NCBI GenBank assembly: GCA_963700275.1
Contig: CAVOWZ010000020.1
Location: 63,855 to 127,854 of the forward strand
Source: an uncultured Bacteroidales bacterium
GTDB lineage: Bacteria; Bacteroidota; Bacteroidia; Bacteroidales; VadinHA17
DNA: 64,000 nt
Direction of reading: 5' to 3'
Made by a program: the position numbers and the translations under genes. The notes beneath the pieces are model-generated. The model was given only the letters and a program-made list of their open reading frames with translations, had not been told where the DNA came from and did no database searches. This document shows, piece by piece, positions 48,662 to 58,523 of this stretch (its first letter is position 1; each line of letters begins with the position of its first letter).

Positions 48662-51434
48662 TTACTTTGTGTATTCAATCACTATTCTCCCTTCAGACCT
48701 GCCTGCTTTCCTGATTGTAAATTCATACTTCCCTGCTTCCAGATTCAGGATCAGATCTTTCCCTTGCCTGACCGGTTTAATATATTTATTTCTGTTGATA
48801 TCAGCTTTATCCTCCAGAACATCATCTGATCCGGGATAAAATGTTGCCGTACTGTTTGCAGGAATTATAACTCTGTAGATTATATCATCACCATCTCTTT
48901 CCCATGAGGATACAATGGTTCCATAAGGGCTTTCATGCCTTGCTTCAAATTTATCAAGTCCTGTTACAAACTGAGGCTTAAGGATTACATTCTTGAATCC
49001 GGGTTTCTCCTCATCGGGAAAGATACCCCCCGGAGCTTTATACATCCATGCTCCTATCTCACCGAACATGATGTGGTTCATTGAAATATCAGATTCAGGG
49101 TTTATATCCCAGTTCTCATATAATGTTGTTGCTCCGTTTACTATCCACCAGCCCCAGGAAGGATAGCTGTCCTTCACGGCAAGCCTGAAAGCAAGATCAG
49201 AATACCCGTTTTCGCTCAAAGCATTCAGTATTGCTTTTGTACCCAGCAGCCCCACATCGATCTTTTCTCCGTCTGCCAGTACCTTTCCGGCAAGATTATC
49301 TGCAACTTTCTGCCTGAGTTCACCGGGAACCACATCCCACATCAGCGGAACACTGAGTTCAGTCTGAAATCCGCTACTATAAACAGCCCTGTCCCGGTCA
49401 AGATATTTTTCATTTATTGCATTCCTTATTTTCTCAGCCAGGGCATTGTATTTCTCAAGATCAGCCTGATAACCAAATAATCCGGCAGCTTTGGCAAGAA
49501 TAGTCACATCAATAAAATAATAGATAGATGAAGTTAGTTCCTTCGGTGAGACGGATTTTACCGGGATCCAGTCTCCAAGCCCCCAGTCTGTCAGACCCGA
49601 AGGGCTTAATCCGGTAATATGATCCACATACCTTTTAATATTATTATAGCATTTATGAAGGAGATGAGAATCACCATAAAAAAGGTAAATATTCCATGGA
49701 ATGATAGCAATTGTGCTGGTCCAGTCGGGTCCGTTTGCCCAGTGATAGCCCCATCCGCTTGTGGGGATTATTGCAGGAAGGACCCCGTTAGGTTGTTGCT
49801 CGTCAAGATGGTCATTCAGCCATTTCTCATAAACTGTTATTCCGTCAAAATTGTATAATCCGGTTTCGATTGCGATATGAGCATCTCCCGTCCAGCCGTT
49901 CTTTTCGCGCTGGGGACAATCTGTCGGGTAACCATACAGATTTGAAAGGTATGAATTGTTGGTTGCTTGCCATATAAGGTTCAGCAGGGTATCTGAAGAC
50001 TCAATATTTCCTGCAGGCGGTACATCGCTATGCATGAAATATCCCGAAAGGCTCTCCTTTGTCAGTGAAAGGGGCCTGTCAGAAGTAACTTCAACATATT
50101 GAAATCCTTTGTAGTTGAACCTTGCCTTAAAGGTCTCCTCACCTTTTCCTGACAGGATAAAAATATCTGTCTGGAAAGGATCGCTGTCATCCGTCGGACG
50201 GTAATGAACATCGATATTTGACTGATCCGCTGTTCCGTCGGCATTAAGCCTCTCTGCATGTTTAATCCGGATGACCGTTCCTTTTTCACCTGTTACCTTC
50301 AGACTGCTGACACCGGCAATATTCCGGCCAAGGTCAAAGACATATTTAAGATCACTAAACTTTTTCATCGCTCTGGCAGGGATCTCTGCTTCAGCCCTCA
50401 CCGGATGCATCGCCTGTGCACTTATATTCGTCGAGGGCGCGGGAACATTGATAGCATTCCGCCACATTGAATCATCAAACCCTGGCATATCCCATCCTTG
50501 TTTTTCAAGCCTGGCATCATAATGTTCAGCCGTATAGATACTGTTGAAAATCAATGGACTTAATGAAGTCTTCCAGTCTGTTGCGGTCGGAACAATTATT
50601 TCACTGCCATCCCCAAGAACTATATGAATTTCCATGCAGAACTTTGGTCTGGCACGCCATGGGGCTTCATGGAAGAACCACACTGCTGTTGACTGGTGAT
50701 TATACCAGCCGTTTCCCAGCAGCACCCCTGCAGCATTTTCCCCCGTTTTCAGAAGAGATGTGATATCATGTGTCAGGTAGAGAGTCCGGCGATCAAATCG
50801 TGTATATGTGGGATCAAGAAGATGATCCCCGACTTTTTTACCATTGATATAGAGTTCGTAGAGACCTGCAACAGCAATATAGGCCCGGGCAGATCTGATC
50901 TCTCCCGGAATAGTGAATGACTTTCTGAAAAATGGTGCAGGTTTGAGATTGATATCACGGGTATCGCTGATCCAGCTGCCTTTCCAGTTTCCCGGCTCCA
51001 TCATCCCTGTTTCGAATGAAGCTACCCCGGATATGGCGGAAGGCTTTCCTTTTTTATCCCACAAGCTGTATGCTCCAGAAATACCTGGTCAAAGGATTTA
51101 GCGGTATCCCCTCGTAAGCAATCAGATTCAGGTCTGATCCGGTCTTACCGGAATCCATCACATCGCCTTTCCCATGAGAAACTTCAGATGAATCCCGTCC
51201 TACAACGATCCTGAAAGCGCTTTGCCGTGCTCCCATCCTTTCATCTCTCATCTGCCATGTAAATCTGGGATTCGGGGCATCTATCCCAAGAGGATTGATC
51301 AGATGCTCACATTTCAGATTATTTGCTGAAAACCCGCCTTTATTGTCCGAGCAGGCGGAGGCTATCGCCAAAAGAATTAATCCAGGGATAAAATACCTGT
51401 ACGAAAATTTACAAATCATATAATCACCTTTCAT
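48662..51434 (-). pseudogene. GH78 alpha-L-rhamnosidase lipoprotein, split by one +1 frameshift near 51060
   Basis: ORF 51054..51434 carries the signal/lipobox (..LAIASACSD) and the GH78 N-terminus (NLKCEHLINPLGIDAPNPRFTWQM). ORF 48662..51064 carries the Bac_rhamnosid N-domain and the catalytic region (GYPTDCPQREKNGWTGDAH). Confidence 0.8.
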
Positions 51435-52885
51435 AAGCTCTTTACCTCATTTACAAGGTTCTGCAGACTGCTTTTTGCATCGCCGAACAGCATCCTTGTC
51501 TTGGCATCAAAGAACAGCAGGTTTTCGATTGCTGCATAACCTTTACCCATGCCCCTCTTCATCACAATTATATTCCTTGCATTTCTTGCTTTTATAATTG
51601 GCATTCCGTAGATGGGGCTTGAAGGGTCATCTTCTGCAGCAGGATTGACAACATCATTTGCGCCGATCACCACTACCACATCAGTATTCGGCAGGTCGGG
51701 ATTGATCTCATCGCTCTCAATCAGCTGTTCATACGGAACATCGGCTTCAGCCAGCAAAACATTCATATGTCCCGGCATTCTTCCGGCAACAGGATGAATT
51801 GCATATTTTACCTCCACTCCTTTCTCTTCCAGGACTTTATCGAGCTCGTGGCAGATATGCTGTGCCTGTGCCACGGCAAGTCCGTAACCCGGTACAATAA
51901 CAACTTTTTTCGAATAGCTGAGGAGAACGGCTGCATCAGAGAGGGAAATTTCTTTTATCGATCCCGTAGTTTCGATGGCAGACTGACCTCCTCCGCCGAA
52001 AACCCCAACGATTACATTCAGCAACGACCTGTTCATTGCCTTGCACATAAGTATTGTTAGGATTGTACCTGCAGATCCTACAAGGATGCCGCCTGTAAGC
52101 ATGGCCTGATTATCATAGAGGAATCCGCCCATGGCAGCGGCAACGCCTGTAAAAGAGTTCAGAAGGGAAATAACTACAGGCATGTCGGCGCCTCCTATGG
52201 GCATCACAAAGAGAACACCATAAATCACTGCAACAGCGAACATAATATAGATCCAGTGTGTCAGTTCGGAAGCTGCCTGTACATCCCGCGTCATAATAAA
52301 TACGATAAACCCAATCAGGATGATCAGGATGGCGATGTTAACATACTTTAGCGACTTAATCCTGAGATCGCCAATCCAACCGTCAAGCTTGCCAAATGCT
52401 ATCATACTTCCCGCCCATGATACCGTTCCGATCATAAGTCCGAGCAGGATGGCCAGCACCTGTCCGTTTGCCATCCCGTGTTCTGCGATAAGATCGGGCC
52501 TTACATGAGGAAATTCCATCATGGATATCAGAGCAGCAGCTGCTCCTCCCATACCATTGAAAAATGAGACCAGCTGGGGCATGGCTGTCATCCTGACTTT
52601 TTTTGCAATTATCCACCCGATGACAGTACCTATTATTATTGCAGCAAGGATCCATGGTATATTTCCAATAGGTTCACCATCCTTTTTATGAAAGAGGATT
52701 GTTGCTATTATTGCGAAGCCCATCCCGAAAGCTGCCAGGGTATTTCCCCTGCGGGCAGTAAGAGGATGGCTCAGCATTTTCAGGCCCATAATAAAGAGGA
52801 CGGAAGCCACCACATAGGTAATTTCCAAAACAGAGATACCATAGGGAAATTGAGACATATCATTCATTCCGTTGAAATTTAACAT
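51431..52885 (-). CDS. pntB: NAD(P) transhydrogenase subunit beta
   Basis: Multi-TM N-terminal half plus the C-terminal NADP(H)-binding dIII domain (..VIVPGYGLAVAQAQ.., ..HPVAGRMPGHMNVLLAEA..). Confidence 0.9.
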   Translation of the reverse strand: MLNFNGMNDMSQFPYGISVLEITYVVASVLFIMGLKMLSHPLTARRGNTLAAFGMGFAIIATILFHKKDGEPIGNIPWILAAIIIGTVIGWIIAKKVRMTAMPQLVSFFNGMGGAAAALISMMEFPHVRPDLIAEHGMANGQVLAILLGLMIGTVSWAGSMIAFGKLDGWIGDLRIKSLKYVNIAILIILIGFIVFIMTRDVQAASELTHWIYIMFAVAVIYGVLFVMPIGGADMPVVISLLNSFTGVAAAMGGFLYDNQAMLTGGILVGSAGTILTILMCKAMNRSLLNVIVGVFGGGGQSAIETTGSIKEISLSDAAVLLSYSKKVVIVPGYGLAVAQAQHICHELDKVLEEKGVEVKYAIHPVAGRMPGHMNVLLAEADVPYEQLIESDEINPDLPNTDVVVVIGANDVVNPAAEDDPSSPIYGMPIIKARNARNIIVMKRGMGKGYAAIENLLFFDAKTRMLFGDAKSSLQNLVNEVKSL

Positions 52886-52897
52886 TACAATTGGATC

Positions 52898-53200
52898 CTA
52901 TTTCTTCTTTTTAAACATCTCCAGCATCCTGTCTGTTACCACAAAACCTCCTACAACATTGAGAGTACCGAGAACCACTGCAAGGAAACCCAGGATCATC
53001 GATCCGGTTGTTTCAGCATGCCCCATAACTATGATAGCTCCGATTATTACAACTCCGTGAATTGCATTAGCCCCTGACATGAGAGGTGTATGAAGTATAG
53101 CCGGAACATGGCTGATAACTTCAATCCCCAGAAATACTGACAGAATTACAATAAATATAGCTTCTCTGTGCTGCAGGAAGAATCCAAGTATATTTTCCAT
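52898..53200 (-). CDS. pntA: NAD(P) transhydrogenase subunit alpha, membrane part 2
   Basis: 100-aa protein with three TM helices, lying between the alpha-1 and beta subunits. This is the typical split-pntA arrangement. Confidence 0.85.
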   Translation of the reverse strand: MENILGFFLQHREAIFIVILSVFLGIEVISHVPAILHTPLMSGANAIHGVVIIGAIIVMGHAETTGSMILGFLAVVLGTLNVVGGFVVTDRMLEMFKKKK

Positions 53201-53208
53201 ATTATAGT

Positions 53209-54339
53209 CTATTTGATATTTAGCAATTGTTTAGCTCTCTGGCTCACAAACTCTCCGGCATGTACTGCCGTGGTACCATTAATTATCTCATCCTGCATGT
53301 TCAGGTTCAGGTTGCCTTCCTTATTCAGTATTATTTTAAGAAGGTTGATAATGTTATTACCGAACATTTTACTTGCATCTGCGGGCATATCAGATGGATA
53401 ATCGGACTTACCTATTATTTTCACCCCGTTAACCAGAACTGTTTTTCCATTCTCTGTCAGTTCACAGTTTCCTCCGCTTGAAGCAGCCAGATCAATAATA
53501 ACTGAACCGGGCTTCATTGAATGAACTGTATCCTTTGACACAAGTACAGGGGCTTTCCTTCCCGGTATCTGAGCGGTAGCGATCACAACATCTGCTGCTA
53601 TGGCACGTTGCTGGATAAGCTCCCTCTGTTTGTTCTTAAACTCTTCTGTCTGTTCAACTGCATAACCACCGGCTGCAGCATCTTCTTTTGCACCTTCAAC
53701 TTCGATGAATTTTCCTCCCAGACTTTTCACTTCTTCTTTTACAGCAGACCGGACATCAAAAACCTCAACGACTGCACCAAGTTTCCTTGCAACAGCTATT
53801 GCCTGCAATCCTGCCACACCTGCTCCCAGTATGAGTACCTTTGAAGGTTTGATAGTTCCTGCAGCAGACATGAACATCGGAAAAAATCGTGGTAGAAGGG
53901 CAGCAGCATCCAGCACCGCTTTATAACCTGAAACTGTTGCCATGGAAGAGAGGATGTCCATTGCCTGCGCCCTGGTTGTACGTGGAATAATATCAAGCGC
54001 GAGGACCGTCAGACCCGCTGATCTGGCACTCTCCAGCCATTCGCTGTTCTCCGCAACATTAACCACGGAACAAAGAACCTGTCCTGCGTGACAGTATTTC
54101 AGATCATCATCAGGCAAAGAATTAACTGAAAGAATAAGGTCTGACTTCGAAAAGATCTCTTCACGGGACACTGTTGTAACACCAGACTTCCTGTACTCTT
54201 CATCGGCGGAAAAAGCATTCAATCCGGCATCATTTTCAATAATAACTTGAGGGCCAAGCTTCTGTAATACAGCCGCTTCTCCAGGAAGCATTGCAACTCT
54301 CTTTTCATTGCCGCATTCCCTGAGTATACCTGTAATCAT
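53209..54339 (-). CDS. pntA: NAD(P) transhydrogenase subunit alpha, part 1 (dI, NAD(H)-binding)
   Basis: Alanine-dehydrogenase/PNT fold with VLILGAGVAGLQAIAVARKLGA. The start is moved to MITGILRECGNEKRVAMLP (ATG at 54339). Confidence 0.9.
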   Translation of the reverse strand: MITGILRECGNEKRVAMLPGEAAVLQKLGPQVIIENDAGLNAFSADEEYRKSGVTTVSREEIFSKSDLILSVNSLPDDDLKYCHAGQVLCSVVNVAENSEWLESARSAGLTVLALDIIPRTTRAQAMDILSSMATVSGYKAVLDAAALLPRFFPMFMSAAGTIKPSKVLILGAGVAGLQAIAVARKLGAVVEVFDVRSAVKEEVKSLGGKFIEVEGAKEDAAAGGYAVEQTEEFKNKQRELIQQRAIAADVVIATAQIPGRKAPVLVSKDTVHSMKPGSVIIDLAASSGGNCELTENGKTVLVNGVKIIGKSDYPSDMPADASKMFGNNIINLLKIILNKEGNLNLNMQDEIINGTTAVHAGEFVSQRAKQLLNIK

Positions 54340-54432
54340 ATATACTGAATTAATTTGTGTCCCAATATAGCAAACAAAAGGCAAAAATCAATTCTTCAGG
54401 CTTCAGAAAGGTGAGAATCCATAAACTACAAA

Positions 54433-56328
54433 TCACTCCGGAGATGTCAGCCTGACACTGATAATCCCCTTTCCGCCAGTAAAGATATATGCAGGAATCC
54501 TAATCTCCAGTCTTTTCAGATCAGGTATCCGTCTGTCGAGCTTCAGAGGAGGAGGATCCATCATTATTGTCGAAATCCTCACCCCTGATGGTGATGATAT
54601 CCTCAAATGTAATTCCTTACCGTCCTGCTTCAGAACAGCTCCGTCAACTGCCGGGACCACCTCAGCTGTGGTCATAAGCGCCCACGTCAGGCTATTTGTT
54701 GAATCACTCAATACAATCTGATCTTCAATGATTAATGAATGATCCGAATCCTTAACAAATTTTCTGTATGCACTTTTTACCCGTCCGTCATAGACAGGTG
54801 TCATATCTATTGTTGCTTCAGGCACCGGAGCTGTTTTAAAATCAACTATCCCCGCAGTTGCATCAACTTTGAACCTGGCATCATCAACAGTAAGAGTACC
54901 GTGTCCATGATTACCTTTTGTAAGCAAAGTCCATCGCTGACAATCCTGACACTGACCCCAGAGATCGAAACCTGCCTGCTCGAGGGTATTATAGTCCTGA
55001 ACACCCGGATCCACAGCCCACCTCACTCCGTCGAGTTCGAAAACGAAACTTCCTGCATCCATATTACCATGGCTCAGATTGGCTCTGCCCCCCTTGCCAC
55101 CAAAATAATATTCATGAGGATCATCCTTTCCTCCCCTGAAAATTACAAGAGGGTTTGAGCCCTCACCTTTCCAAACCAGAGGCAGATCTGTTTCATTTTT
55201 TAACTGGAATTGTGAAAGCCAGACGAGTCCCGGACCAGCCAGCCGTGAGAGATTACCCGTTTTTTTTGCCGGCATCAGGAACTTCTCCTTTTCCAGGTAG
55301 AGGGGATTACCGGTTTTTTGAGCGAACCATGCCAGAACAATATCACCACCTGAACCTTCACTGTCGCCGCAATCAGCAAAATTGAAATAGTTGCCCGACG
55401 GAGCCACAGTTAACATTCTGAAACCAGCGCTTTCAAGAAAAGAAGGGTAATCCGCAATACCAAAATCACTGCCGAATGCACTTTCAAGCATTGAGGAGGT
55501 TACTATAGAGAAACTTGTTCCATAACCCCAGTAGGTAGCTCCTTCGGGATATACTCCGGCGGGCGCATACTGCTTCAGGGCTGCCGGTATACCCTCCAGC
55601 GATCTGCTGATTGTCTTTGCCGCCAGTACCGGGTCCTTTTCAGCAATTGCTATCGCAGCGGCAATCATTCCCCCGTTACATACCTGGTTCCAGTTATTTG
55701 TTCCGTTAACCCATCCAAAATTACCTTTCTCATAGCCTGGATTTATTCCCTTTTCGATCAGTGCTTTTTTTGCTAGTTCAGTGGTTGCCTTCGGCAGGAA
55801 ACCTCCAACCCAGTCAACTGCTATGGCAACTGCAAGTGACATTTCAGCAACATCGAGGAAATGTGATGGATTCCAGTCAGAAAAATTACAGACTGCAATA
55901 AGTTCCTCATTGATCTTTTTCAGAACAGCAGGTTCTTTGTCGATCCTGTAAACCATCGACAGGATGGTCATCCGCTGAAGCATCGACCTGGATGTACTCA
56001 ATAACCTCCGCCCGACAACATTTCTCGTAAGAACGGGACTGCTCAGGATGTTTTCTGCATTCAACTTCATTGCTGCATAGTAGTTTTTCACTACAGGATC
56101 AGTCTTAAGCCTGGTTTTGAGATTCTTCTCAATACCAGGGGTTAGTATTATGCGGGGAGTTGTCTTTTTTAGGTTTGTCCTGATATATTGGGTTGTCACA
56201 GGATTCTGAAGCTTCTGAACCTCATTACCTGAATTCTGGTTTGACTGTGGAATGGCTGTCCCGCAAATCATAAAAATTATTACGGCAATGAATATAAACC
56301 TCGGGAGAAAATCAGATTTTTGTCTCAT
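54433..56328 (-). CDS. Heparinase II/III-family protein (polysaccharide-lyase-like), exported
   Basis: Signal/TM at the N-terminus. (alpha/alpha) toroid-type region (..NWNQVCNGGMIAAAIAI..) and the C-terminal ..LSHGNMDAGSFVFELDGVRWAVDPG.. motif. Confidence 0.7.
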   Translation of the reverse strand: MRQKSDFLPRFIFIAVIIFMICGTAIPQSNQNSGNEVQKLQNPVTTQYIRTNLKKTTPRIILTPGIEKNLKTRLKTDPVVKNYYAAMKLNAENILSSPVLTRNVVGRRLLSTSRSMLQRMTILSMVYRIDKEPAVLKKINEELIAVCNFSDWNPSHFLDVAEMSLAVAIAVDWVGGFLPKATTELAKKALIEKGINPGYEKGNFGWVNGTNNWNQVCNGGMIAAAIAIAEKDPVLAAKTISRSLEGIPAALKQYAPAGVYPEGATYWGYGTSFSIVTSSMLESAFGSDFGIADYPSFLESAGFRMLTVAPSGNYFNFADCGDSEGSGGDIVLAWFAQKTGNPLYLEKEKFLMPAKKTGNLSRLAGPGLVWLSQFQLKNETDLPLVWKGEGSNPLVIFRGGKDDPHEYYFGGKGGRANLSHGNMDAGSFVFELDGVRWAVDPGVQDYNTLEQAGFDLWGQCQDCQRWTLLTKGNHGHGTLTVDDARFKVDATAGIVDFKTAPVPEATIDMTPVYDGRVKSAYRKFVKDSDHSLIIEDQIVLSDSTNSLTWALMTTAEVVPAVDGAVLKQDGKELHLRISSPSGVRISTIMMDPPPLKLDRRIPDLKRLEIRIPAYIFTGGKGIISVRLTSPE

Positions 56329-56349
56329 ATCATTTGGTTTTATTTAATT

Positions 56350-56390
56350 TGTGTAACTCTGTGTAACCTCTGTGTCCCTCTGTGTAATTG
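56350..56390. repeat. 10-11-nt tandem array (TGTGTAACYTC-like x4)
   Basis: tgtgtaactc tgtgtaacctc tgtgtccctc tgtgtaattg, in the gap between the two heparinase-like genes. A partial extra copy (taactctgtga) lies near 56425. Confidence 0.8.
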
Positions 56391-56454
56391 AAAGTTATCT
56401 TTATTAATGTTCCCAAATTTTTTAACGGGTGTATAACTCTGTGATAAAAAATTA

Positions 56455-58419
56455 TTAAAGTATGGGTAATTCATAGCCAATCTGCTTTGAAATTCTACCT
56501 GACCGGACCTTAAGAAGGATTTTTTGATCCCCGGGTTGCGGTCTGCCCGAAAGTTTAACCTTAATTTCGGGCTGAGATCCTGTGTATGGAGCAACAACCG
56601 TAATAAATCTTACGATCTGGTCTTTTCTTTCCTTTTTTATATTAAAACTGAATGCCGGACGAGGTTCCTTTATGGTATACCGGAAAGATACCTGCCCCTC
56701 TTCCTCAACAAGTTTCATATTTTCCTGTTCCAGGGTCTGCACCATAACGTTCCATCCTTCAGAAAAATCAGAACTGACAGTGAATTTTTCATTGTCAAAC
56801 ACCGCTTTCCCCGGTGCAAGCTGAAAATGAAGATCAATATCCCCTGTTGCTTCGCCAAGGGCTTCATCAATAATTATGAAATATTTTTTATCCACAAAGA
56901 AGAGAGACCTGCGATGTTTCAGGTCCGGGTAGCTTGTATTTTCAACTACCAGGATATCGAGGTCATCCCCAGGTTCCCATAGTAAGAGTTCCGGAGCATA
57001 GTTCGAATTTGTACCGTTAAGTGTAAGAGTCTGATGAACCTTTGTCTGGCGGAACCAGTTCCGGCCTTCAGGATCGCCGCTGTATATATAGCTCCCGGCA
57101 TCAGGCATAAGATTACGTCCTCCCGCGTAAAGTTCGAAAGTACCGTTATCGGGCTGACAGTGACCTCCCCCATCCGGACCGCATTTAAGAATGAGGCAAA
57201 TCGCGTCTTTATTCCACCCGCTTCTCATCGAATAAAATCCGCTCACTGGATATGCCCAGGCTGTCGAATCAGGCATAACTCCTTCCCTGCCTTCGGATGC
57301 GACAAACAAAAAATCTTTCCTGTCAAACATTTTTGACCACTCCCTGAGCCTTCCGAAATACTGCCCCGGAATGCCGGCCCACGAATCTCCGAACTGTGTT
57401 GAAGAACCATCAGGAAATGTAAGTTTCATCGGAACTTCACACATTTTTTCGACAGTCTTAAGATAGCTGTCAGGAAAGGCATCTCCGAATCCATTCATAC
57501 GGGCAAGTTCTACTGTATTAAGAAACCAGTTTATACAGCCGGTATGATAACCGGTAGCCAGTTCACGCTGATAACCATCAGGATATACCTGAATATTTAT
57601 CTCGGCATTCAATCGTCTGAAAGCTTCCGCCCTCCATTTGCCGGAATCTTTGAATTCGGGGAAGGTTACAGCAATAAAAGCAAGACCTTCAGCCTCCATA
57701 AGGCTCCAGTTGCTCCCTGTACGGTATTGTGTCATAAGATAAGTGGCATGGTCGTAACAGCTGTTAAGAAAAGCAACAAGAACTTCAGGAGTAAAATGAG
57801 CAGAACCAATGAAATGCTGATAAAGGCCTGTCCAGCTGTGTCCCCTGATACCGGCTTCTATTGATCTCCAGGCATAACCATGCTTCCCGTCATTGGGATT
57901 TTTTCTCGTCCAGTCAATCAGCTGATAGCACCATTCTGCGGCATATTTTTCATCTCCGGTGTGCAGGTAAGCTTTTGCCATAGCATCCCAGAAATACATC
58001 CTGTTAAGCTGCCAGACCCATTCATTATCAGGTACGGGTCTCATCCCCCAGTTGATATCATCTCCGCAAAAAACCGGAGGATAAGCACTCTGTCCGGTAA
58101 AGATATGCTTCAGCGCATTGTCTGCCATTTTTATTTCATCCTCAGTGGCAGCCTTACCGCGCATTTCTGATGCTGAGAACTTTCCTGCAGGGTGCTTTAC
58201 GGAGGTGCGTGACCTGAAAAAATTCATCAGCTGAACCGCCGTTATTGAAGGATTACCATAAGATCTCCTTACTGTTTCGAGCTCAGGCCTGTCCAGATCG
58301 AGCCGCGACATCAGCTTATAAAGATCAACGGATCTTACCTTGTTCTCCTGAATACCATCTGCATACATAAGGTTGACAAACAATATGTATAATATGACCA
58401 GCAACAATACCTTCTTCAT
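56455..58419 (-). CDS. Heparinase II/III-family protein with alginate-lyase-like N-domain, exported
   Basis: Signal peptide. ..GGHCQPDNGTFELYAGGRNLMPDAGSYIYSGD.. is a heparinase II/III C-domain motif. The N-terminal half is helical. Confidence 0.7.
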   Translation of the reverse strand: MKKVLLLVILYILFVNLMYADGIQENKVRSVDLYKLMSRLDLDRPELETVRRSYGNPSITAVQLMNFFRSRTSVKHPAGKFSASEMRGKAATEDEIKMADNALKHIFTGQSAYPPVFCGDDINWGMRPVPDNEWVWQLNRMYFWDAMAKAYLHTGDEKYAAEWCYQLIDWTRKNPNDGKHGYAWRSIEAGIRGHSWTGLYQHFIGSAHFTPEVLVAFLNSCYDHATYLMTQYRTGSNWSLMEAEGLAFIAVTFPEFKDSGKWRAEAFRRLNAEINIQVYPDGYQRELATGYHTGCINWFLNTVELARMNGFGDAFPDSYLKTVEKMCEVPMKLTFPDGSSTQFGDSWAGIPGQYFGRLREWSKMFDRKDFLFVASEGREGVMPDSTAWAYPVSGFYSMRSGWNKDAICLILKCGPDGGGHCQPDNGTFELYAGGRNLMPDAGSYIYSGDPEGRNWFRQTKVHQTLTLNGTNSNYAPELLLWEPGDDLDILVVENTSYPDLKHRRSLFFVDKKYFIIIDEALGEATGDIDLHFQLAPGKAVFDNEKFTVSSDFSEGWNVMVQTLEQENMKLVEEEGQVSFRYTIKEPRPAFSFNIKKERKDQIVRFITVVAPYTGSQPEIKVKLSGRPQPGDQKILLKVRSGRISKQIGYELPIL

Positions 58420-58461
58420 ACCGTTTCACAATTTATTGACAACAAAGCTTACTTAACCACA

Positions 58462-58519
58462 AAGGACACGAAGTTCACACTAAGGACATAAAGGATTAAG
58501 ACGCATTGGACATTAAGGC
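58462..58519. repeat. Degenerate AAGGA(C/T)-motif cluster in an intergenic gap
   Basis: aaggaca (58462), aaggaca (58482), aaggatt (58491), aaggc (58515). Spacing is irregular, so this is weaker than the other arrays. Confidence 0.35.
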
Positions 58520-58523
58520 TTAT

